DNA of 64,000 nt from Eledone cirrhosa (taxonomy: Eukaryota). Numbering within the stretch: the stretch's first letter is position 1; every line of letters starts with the position of its first letter. Under the pieces are notes generated by a model. The model was not told where the DNA came from. It ran no database searches and was given only the letters and a program-made list of their open reading frames with translations. The position numbers and the translations under genes are program-made. The stretch is from positions 21,576,001 to 21,640,000 of the forward strand of contig OZ024744.1 in NCBI GenBank assembly GCA_964016885.1, in the 5' to 3' direction. Positions 1 through 10,399 of the stretch are shown piece by piece.

Positions 1-3000
1 CTATGACATCTTCAGACAGTTAGAAGAGGTGACAGGCACAACAGCTATGACATCTTCAGACAGTTAGAAGAGGTGACAGCCACAACAGCTATGACATCTT
101 TAGATATTAGAAGAGGTGACAGGAACAACAGCTATGACATCTTCAGACAGTTAGAATAGGTGACAGGCACAACAGCTATGACATCTTCAGACAGTTAGAA
201 GAGGTGACAGCAACAACAGCTATGACATCTTCAGACAGTTAGAAGAAGTGACAGGCACAGCAGCTATGACATCTTTAGACAGTTAGAAGAGGTGACAGCC
301 ACAACAGCTATGACATCTTCAGACCGTTAGAAGAGGTGACAGGCACAACAGCTATGACTTCTTCAGAGAGAAGAGGTGACAGGCACAACAGCTATAACAT
401 CTTCAGACAGTTAGAAGAGGTGACAGGCACAACAGCTATGACATCTTCAGACAGTTAGAAGAGGTGACAGGCACAACAGCTATGACATCTTCAGACAGTT
501 ATAAGAGGTGACAGCCACAACGGCTATGACTTCTTCAGACAGTTAGAAGAGGTGACAGTCACAACAGCTATGGCATCTTCAGACAGTTAGAAGAGGTGAC
601 AGCCACAACAGCTTTGACATCTTTAGACAGAAGAGGTGACAGCCACAACAGCTATGACATCTTCAGACAGTTAGAAGAGGAGACAGGCACAACAGCTATG
701 ACATCTTTAGACAGTTAGAAGAGGTGACAGCCACAACAGCTATGACATATTCAGACAGTTAGAAGAGGTGACAGGCACAACATCTATGACATCTTCAGAC
801 AGTTAGAAGAGGTGACAGGCACAACAGCTATGACATCTTCAGACAGTTAGAAGAGGTGACAGCAACAACAGCTATGACATCTTCAGACAGTTAGAAGAGG
901 TGACAGGCACAGCAGCTATGACATCTTTAGACAGTTAGAAGAGGTGACAGCCACAACAGCTATGACATCTTCAGACCGTTAGAAGAGGTGACAGGCACAA
1001 CAGCTATGACATCTTCAGAGAGAAGAGGTGACAGGCACAACAGCTATGACATCTACAGACAGTTAGAAGAGGTGACAGGCACAACAGCTATGACATCTTC
1101 AGACAGTGAGAGGAGGTGACAGGCACAACAGCTATGACATCTTCAGACTGTTAGAAGAGGTGACAGCCACAACAGCTATGACATCTTCAGACAAACGAGG
1201 TGACAGCCACAATAGCTATGACATCTTCAGAGAGAAGAGGTGACAGGCACAACAGCTATGACATCTTCAGACAGAAGAGGTGACAGACACAACAGCTATA
1301 ACATCTTCAGACAGTTAGAAGAGGTGACAGGCACAACAGCTCTGTCATCTTCAGACAGTTAGAAGAGGTGACAGGCACAACATCTATGACATCTTCAGAC
1401 AGTTAGAAGAGGTGACAGCCACAACAGCTATGACTTCTTCAGACAGTTAGAAGAGGTGACAGCCAAAACAGCTATGAAATATTCAGACAAAAGAGGTAAC
1501 AGGCACAACAGCTATGCCATCTTCAGAGAGTTAGAAGAGGTGACAGCCACAACAGCTTTGACATCTTTAGACAGAAGAGGTGACAGCCACAACAGCTATG
1601 ACATCTTCAGACAGTTAGAAGAGGTGACAGCCACAACAGCTATGACATCTTTAGACAGTTAGAAGAGGTGACAGGAACAACAGCTATGATATCTTCAGAC
1701 AGTTAGAAGAGGTGACAGGCACAACAGCTATGACATCTTCAGACAGAAGAGGTGACAGCCACAACAGCTATGACATCTTCAGAGAGAAGAGGTGACAGGC
1801 ACAACAGCTATGACATCTTCAGACAGAAGAGGTGACAGACACAACAGCTATAACATCTTCAGACAGTTAGAAGAGGTGACAGGCACAACAGCTCTGTCAT
1901 CTTCAGACAGTTAGAAGAGGTGACAGGCACAACAGCTATGACATCTTCAGACAGTTAGAAGAGGTGACAGGCACAACATCTATGACATCTTCAGACAGTT
2001 AGAAGAGGTGACAGCCACAACAGCTATGACTTCTTCAGACAGTTAGAAGAGGTGACAGCCACAACAGCTATGAAATATTCAGACAAAAGAGGTAACAGGC
2101 ACAACAGCTATGCCATCTTCAGAGAGTTAGAAGAGGTGACAGGCACAACAGCTATGACATCTTCAGACAGAAGAGGTGACAGCCACAACAGCTATGACAT
2201 CTTCAGACAGTTAGAAGAGGTGACAGGCACAACAGCTATGACATCTTCAGACAGTTAGAAGAGGTGACAGCCACAACAGCTATGACATCTTCAGACAGTT
2301 AAAAGAGGTGACAGGCACAACAGCTGTGACATCTTCAGACAGTTAGAAGAGGTGACAGCCACAACAGCTATGACATCTTCAGACAGTTAGAAGAGGTGAC
2401 AGGCACAACAGCTATGACATCTTCATACAGTTAGAAGAGGTGACAGCAACAACAGCTATAAGATCTTCAGACAGAAGAGGTGACAGCCACAACAGCTATG
2501 ACATCTTCAGACAGAAGAGGTGACAGCTACAACAGCTATGACATCTTCAGACAGTTAGAAGAGGTGACAGGCACAACAGCTATGACATCTTCAGACAGTT
2601 AGAAGAGGTGACAGCCACAACAGCTATGACATCTTTAGATATTAGAAGAGGTGACAGGAACAACAGCTATGACATCTTCAGACAGTTAGAATAGGTGACA
2701 GGCACAACAGCTATGACATCTTCAGACAGTTAGAAGAGGTGACAGCAACAACAGCTATGACATCTTCAGACAGTTAGAAGAAGTGACAGGCACAGCAGCT
2801 ATGACATCTTTAGACAGTTAGAAGAGGTGACAGCCACAACAGCTATGACATCTTCAGACCGTTAGAAGAGGTGACAGGCACAACAGCTATGACTTCTTCA
2901 GAGAGAAGAGGTGACAGGCACAACAGCTATAACATCTTCAGACAGTTAGAAGAGGTGACAGGCACAACAGCTATGACATCTTCAGACAGTTAGAAGAGGT

Positions 3001-3317
3001 GACAGGCACAACAGCTATGACATCTTCAGACAGTTATAAGAGGTGACAGCCACAACGGCTATGACTTCTTCAGACAGTTAGAAGAGGTGACAGTCACAAC
3101 AGCTATGGCATCTTCAGACAGTTAGAAGAGGTGACAGCCACAACAGCTTTGACATCTTTAGACAGAAGAGGTGACAGCCACAACAGCTATGACATCTTCA
3201 GACAGTTAGAAGAGGAGACAGGCACAACAGCTATGACATCTTTAGACAGTTAGAAGAGGTGACAGCCACAACAGCTATGACATATTCAGACAGTTAGAAG
3301 AGGTGACAGGCACAACA
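1..3317. repeat. 2,535 bp-period duplication; left copy truncated by the window edge
   Basis: TAGATATTAG (1 bp deletion) at 101 and 2636, TTAGAATAGG at 151 and 2686, and the GGAGACA variant at about 681 and 3216 are all offset by 2535. The match breaks at about 783/3318. Confidence 0.85.
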
Positions 3318-3808
3318 GCTATGACATCTTCAGACAGTTAGAAGAGGTGACAGCCACAACAGCTATGACATCTTCAGACAGTTAAAAGAGGTGACAGGCA
3401 CAACAGCTGTGACATCTTCAGACAGTTAGAAGAGGTGACAGCCACAACAGCTATGACATCTTCAGACAGTTAGAAGAGGTGACAGGCACAACAGCTACGA
3501 CATCTTCATACAGTTAGAAGAGGTGACAGCAACAACAGCTATAAGATCTTCAGACAGAAGAGGTGACAGCCACATCAGCTATGACATCTTCAGACAGAAG
3601 AGGTGACAGCTACAACAGCTATGACATCTTCAGACAGTTAGAAGAGGTGACAGGCACAACAGCTATGAAATCTTCAGACAGTTAGAAGAGGTGACAGACA
3701 CAACAGCTATAACATCTTTAGATAGTTAGAAGAGGTGACAGGAACAACAGCTATGACATCTTCAGACAGTTAGAAGAGGTGACAGGCACAACAGCTATGA
3801 CATCTTCA

Positions 3809-6800
3809 GACAGTTAGAAGAGGTGACAGCAACAACAGCTATGACATCTTCAGACAGTTAGAAGAGGTGACAGGCACAGCAGCTATGACATCTTTAGACA
3901 GTTAGAAGAGGTGACAGCCACAACAGCTATGACATCTTCAGACCGTTAGAAGAGGTGACAGGCACAACAGCTATGACATCTTCAGAGAGAAGAGGTGACA
4001 GGCACAGCAGCTATGACATTTTTAGACAGTTAGAAGAGGTGACAGCCACAACAGCTATGACATCTTCAGACCGTTAGAAGAGGTGACAGGCACAACAGCT
4101 ATTACATCTTCAGAGAGAAGAGGTGACAGGCACAACAGCTATGACATCTTCAGACAGTTAGAAGAGGTGACAGGCACAACAGCTATGACATCTTCAGACA
4201 GAGAGAGGAGGTGACAGCCACAACAGCTATGACATCTTCAGACTGTTAGAAGAGGTGACAGCCACAACAGCTATGACATCTTCAGACAAAAGAGGTGACA
4301 GCCACAACAGCTATGACATCTTCAGAGAGAAGAGGTGACAGGCACAACAGCTATGACATCTTCAGACAGAAGAGGTGACAGACACAACGGCTATAACATC
4401 TTCAGACAGTTAGAAGAGGTGACAGGTACAACAGCTCTGTCATCTTCAGACAGTTAGAAGAGGTGACAGGCACAACATCTATGACATCTTCAGACAGTTA
4501 GAAGAGGTGACAGCCACAACAGCTATGACTTCTTCAGACAGTTAGAAGAGGTGACAGCCAAAACAGCTATGAAATATTCAGACAAAAGAGGTAACAGGCA
4601 CAACAGCTATGCCATCTTCAGAGAGTTAGAAGAGGTGACAGCCACAACAGCTTTGACATCTTTAGACAGAAGAGGTGACAGGCACAACAGCTATGACATC
4701 TTCAGACAGTTAGAAGAGGTGACAGCCACAACAGCTATGACATCTTTAGACAGTTAGAAGAGGTGACAGGAACAACAGCTATGATATCTTCAGACAGTTA
4801 GAAGAGGTGACAGGCACAACAGCTATGACATCTTCAGACAGAAGAGGTGACAGCCACAACAGCTATGACATCTTCAGAGAGAAGAAGTGACAGGCACAAC
4901 AGCTATGACATCTTCAGACAGAAGAGGTGACAGACACAAAAGCTATAACATATTCAGACAGTTAGAAGAGGTGACAGGCACAACAGCTCTGTCATCTTCA
5001 GACAGTTAGAAGAGGTGACAGGCACAACATCTATGACATCTTCAGACAGTTAGAAGAGGTGACAGCCACAACAGCTATGACTTCTTCAGACAGTTAGAAG
5101 AGGTGACAGCCACAACAGCTATGACATATTCAGACAAAAGAGGTAACAGGCACAACAGCTATGCCATCTTCAGAGAGTTAGAAGAGGTGACAGGCACAAC
5201 AGCTATGACATCTTCAGACAGAAGAGGTGACAGCCACAACAGCTATGACATCTTCAGACAGTTAGAAGACGTGACAGGCACAACAGCTATGACATCTGCA
5301 GACAGTTAGAAGAGGTGACAGCCACAACAGCTATGACATCTTCAGACAGTTAAAAGAGGTGACAGGCACAACAGCTGTGACATCTTCAGACAGTTAGAAG
5401 AGGTGACAGCCACAACAACTATGACATCTTCAGACAGTTAGAAGAGGTGACAGGCACAACAGCTATGACATCTTCATACAGTTAGAAGAGGTGACAGCAA
5501 CAACAGCTATAAGATCTTCAGACAGAAGAGGTGGCGGCCACAACAGCTATGACATCTTCAGACAGAAGAGGTGACAGCTACAACAGCTATGACATCTTCA
5601 GACAGTTAGAAGAGGTGACAGGCACAACAGCTATGACATCTTCAGACAGTTAGAAGAGGTGACAGCCACAACAGCTATGACATCTTTAGATAGTTAGAAG
5701 AGGTGACAGGAACAACAGCTATGACATCTTCAGACAGTTATAAGAGGTGACAGGCACAACAGCTATGACATCTTCAGACAGTGAGAGGAGGTGACAGCCA
5801 CAACAGCTATGACATCTTCAGACTGTTAGAAGAGGTGACAGCCACAACAGCTATGACATCTTCAGACAAAAGAGGTGACAGCCACAACAGCTATGACATC
5901 TTCAGAGAGAAGAGGTGACAGGCACAACAGCTATGACATCTTCAGACAGAAGAGGTGACAGACACAACAGCTATAACATCTTCAGACAGTTAGAAGAGGT
6001 GACAGGCACAACAGCTCTGTCATCTTCAGACAGTTAGAAGAGGTGACAGGCACAACATCTATGACATCTTCAGACAGTTAGAAGAGGTGACAGCCACAAC
6101 AGCTATGATTTCTTCAGACAGTTAGAAGAGGTGACAGCCAAAACAGCTATGAAATATTCAGACAAAAGAGGTAACAGGCACAACAGCTATGACATCTTCA
6201 GAGAGTTAGAAGAGGTGACAGCCACAACAGCTATGACATCTTCAGACAGTTAGAAGAGGTGACAGCCACAACAGCTATGACATCTTTAGACAGTTAGAAG
6301 AGGTGACAGGAACAACAGCTATGATATCTTCAGACAGTTAGAAGAGGTGACAGGCACAACAGCTATGACATCTTCAGACTGAAGAGGTGACAGCCACAAC
6401 AGCTATGACATCTTCAGAGAGAAGAGGTGACAGGCACAACAGCTATGACATCTTCAGACAGTTAGAAGAGGTGACAGCCACAACAGCTATGACATCTTCA
6501 GACAGTTAAAAGAGGTGACAGGCACAACAGCTATGACATCTTTAGACAGTTAGAAGTGGTGACAGGATCAACAGCTATGACATCTTCAGACAGTTAGAAG
6601 AGGTGACAGGCACAACAGCTATGACATCTTCAGACAGTTAGAAGAGGTGACAGCAACAACAGCTATGACATCTTCAGACAGTTAGAAGAGGTGACAGGCA
6701 CAGCAGCTATGACATCTTTAGACAGTTAGAAGAGGTGACAGCCACAACAGCTATGACATCTTCAGACCGTTAGAAGAGGTGACAGGCACAACAGCTATGA

Positions 6801-9456
6801 CATCTTCAGAGAGAAGAGGTGACAGGCACAGCAGCTATGACATTTTTAGACAGTTAGAAGAGGTGACAGCCACAACAGCTATGACATCTTCAGACCGTTA
6901 GAAGAGGTGACAGGCACAACAGCTATGACATCTTCAGAGAGAAGAGGTGACAGGCACAACAGCTATGACATCTTCAGACAGTTAGAAGAGGTGACAGGCA
7001 CAACAGCTATGACATCTTCAGACAGAGAGAGGAGGTGACAGCCACAACAGCTATGACATCTTCAGACTGTTAGAAGAGGTGACAGCCACAACAGCTATGA
7101 CATCTTCAGACAAAAGAGGTGACAGCCACAACAGCTATGACATCTTCAGAGAGAAGAGGTGACAGGCACAACAGCTATGACATCTTCAGACAGAAGAGGT
7201 GACAGACACAACGGCTATAACATCTTCAGACAGTTAGAAGAGGTGACAGGTACAACAGCTCTGTCATCTTCAGACAGTTAGAAGAGGTGACAGGCACAAC
7301 ATCTATGACATCTTCAGACAGTTAGAAGAGGTGACAGCCACAACAGCTATGACTTCTTCAGACAGTTAGAAGAGGTGACAGCCAAAACAGCTATGAAATA
7401 TTCAGACAAAAGAGGTAACAGGCACAACAGCTATGCCATCTTCAGAGAGTTAGAAGAGGTGACAGCCACAACAGCTTTGACATCTTTAGACAGAAGAGGT
7501 GACAGGCACAACAGCTATGACATCTTCAGACAGTTAGAAGAGGTGACAGCCACAACAGCTATGACATCTTTAGACAGTTAGAAGAGGTGACAGGAACAAC
7601 AGCTATGATATCTTCAGACAGTTAGAAGAGGTGACAGGCACAACAGCTATGACATCTTCAGACAGAAGAGGTGACAGCCACAACAGCTATGACATCTTCA
7701 GAGAGAAGAGGTGACAGGCACAACAGCTATGACATCTTCAGACAGAAGAGGTGACAGACACAACAGCTATAACATATTCAGACAGTTAGAAGAGGTGACA
7801 GGCACAACAGCTCTGTCATCTTCAGACAGTTAGAAGAGGTGACAGGCACAACATCTATGACATCTTCAGACAGTTAGAAGAGGTGACAGCCACAACAGCT
7901 ATGACTTCTTCAGACAGTTAGAAGAGGTGACAGCCACAACAGCTATGACATATTCAGACAAAAGAGGTAACAGGCACAACAGCTATGCCATCTTCAGAGA
8001 GTTAGAAGAGGTGACAGGCACAACAGCTATGACATCTTCAGACAGAAGAGGTGACAGCCACAACAGCTATGACATCTTCAGACAGTTAGAAGACGTGACA
8101 GGCACAACAGCTATGACATCTGCAGACAGTTAGAAGAGGTGACAGCCACAACAGCTATGACATCTTCAGACAGTTAAAAGAGGTGACAGGCACAACAGCT
8201 GTGACATCTTCAGACAGTTAGAAGAGGTGACAGCCACAACAACTATGACATCTTCAGACAGTTAGAAGAGGTGACAGGCACAACAGCTATGACATCTTCA
8301 TACAGTTAGAAGAGGTGACAGCAACAACAGCTATAAGATCTTCAGACAGAAGAGGTGGCGGCCACAACAGCTATGACATCTTCAGACAGAAGAGGTGACA
8401 GCTACAACAGCTATGACATCTTCAGACAGTTAGAAGAGGTGACAGGCACAACAGCTATGACATCTTCAGACAGTTAGAAGAGGTGACAGCCACAACAGCT
8501 ATGACATCTTTAGATAGTTAGAAGAGGTGACAGGAACAACAGCTATGACATCTTCAGACAGTTATAAGAGGTGACAGGCACAACAGCTATGACATCTTCA
8601 GACAGTGAGAGGAGGTGACAGCCACAACAGCTATGACATCTTCAGACTGTTAGAAGAGGTGACAGCCACAACAGCTATGACATCTTCAGACAAAAGAGGT
8701 GACAGCCACAACAGCTATGACATCTTCAGAGAGAAGAGGTGACAGGCACAACAGCTATGACATCTTCAGACAGAAGAGGTGACAGACACAACAGCTATAA
8801 CATCTTCAGACAGTTAGAAGAGGTGACAGGCACAACAGCTCTGTCATCTTCAGACAGTTAGAAGAGGTGACAGGCACAACATCTATGACATCTTCAGACA
8901 GTTAGAAGAGGTGACAGCCACAACAGCTATGATTTCTTCAGACAGTTAGAAGAGGTGACAGCCAAAACAGCTATGAAATATTCAGACAAAAGAGGTAACA
9001 GGCACAACAGCTATGACATCTTCAGAGAGTTAGAAGAGGTGACAGCCACAACAGCTATGACATCTTCAGACAGTTAGAAGAGGTGACAGCCACAACAGCT
9101 ATGACATCTTTAGACAGTTAGAAGAGGTGACAGGAACAACAGCTATGATATCTTCAGACAGTTAGAAGAGGTGACAGGCACAACAGCTATGACATCTTCA
9201 GACTGAAGAGGTGACAGCCACAACAGCTATGACATCTTCAGAGAGAAGAGGTGACAGGCACAACAGCTATGACATCTTCAGACAGTTAGAAGAGGTGACA
9301 GCCACAACAGCTATGACATCTTCAGACAGTTAAAAGAGGTGACAGGCACAACAGCTATGACATCTTTAGACAGTTAGAAGTGGTGACAGGATCAACAGCT
9401 ATGACATCTTCAGACAGTTAGAAGAGGTGACAGGCACAACAGCTATGACATCTTCA
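3809..9456. repeat. Tandem duplication of a 2,824 bp block (about 3809-6632 and 6633-9456)
   Basis: ORF pairs 4551/7375 and 5103/7927, GAGAGAGGAG at 4201/7025 and TGGTGACAGGATC at 6557/9381 all share offset 2824. I spotted only about three substitutions between the copies (near 4103, 4886, 4940). Confidence 0.92.
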
Positions 9457-10399
9457 TACAGTTAGAAGAGGTGACAGCAACAACAGCTATGAGATCTTCA
9501 GACAGAAGAGGTGACAGCCACAACAGCTATGACATCTTCAGACAGAAGAGGTGACAGCTACAACAGCTATGACATCTTCAGACAGTTAGAAGAGGTGACA
9601 GGCACCACAGCTATGACATCTTCAGACAGTTAGAAGAGGTGACAGCCACAACAGCTATGACATCTTTAGATAGTTAGAAGAGGTGACAGGAACAACAGCT
9701 ATGACATCTTCAGACAGTTAGAAGAGGTGACAGGCACAACAGCTATGACATCTTCAGACAGTTAGAAGAGGTGACAGCAACAACAGCTATGACATCTTCA
9801 GACAGTTAGAAGAGGTGACAGGCACAGCAGCTATGACATCTTTAGACTGTTAGAAGAGGTGACAGCCACAACAGCTATGACATCTTCAGACCGTTAGAAG
9901 AGGTGACAGGCACAACAGCTATGACATCTTCAGAGAGAAGAGGTGACAGGCACAACAGCTATAACATCTTCAGACAGTTAGAAGAGGTGACAGGCACAAC
10001 AGCTATGACATCTTCAGACAGTTAGAAGAGGTGACAGGCACAACAGCTATGACATCTTCAGACAGTTAGAAGAGGTGACAGCCACAACGGCTATGACTTC
10101 TTCAGACAGTTAGAAGAGGTGACAGTCACAACAGCTATGGCATCTTCAAACAGTTAGAAGAGGTGACAGCCACAACAGCTTTGACATCTTTAGACAGAAG
10201 AGGTGACAGCCACAACAGCTATGACATCTTCAGACAGTTAGAAGATGTGACAGCCACAACAGCTATGACATCTTTAGACAGTTAGAAGAGGTGACAGGAA
10301 CAACAGCTATGATATCTTCAGACAGTTAGAAGAGGTGACAGGCACAACAGCTATGACATCTTCAGACAGTTAGAAGAGGTGACAGGCACAACAGCTATG

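Noticed and set aside
4-32. Intrinsic terminators, integron attC sites, MITE terminal repeats or tRNA/snRNA-like units
   Set aside because: The perfect stem is only 5 bp with no U-tract. There are no cassette ORFs, target-site duplications or cloverleaf, even though GTTAGAA fits the GTTRRRY core by chance.
1-176. Nucleosome-phasing design (4x44 = 176 bp; 40+44 = 84 bp = 8 helical turns)
   Set aside because: This is only a numerical coincidence. No fixed tetramer or dimer periodicity and no phased A-tracts are visible; MNase data would be needed.
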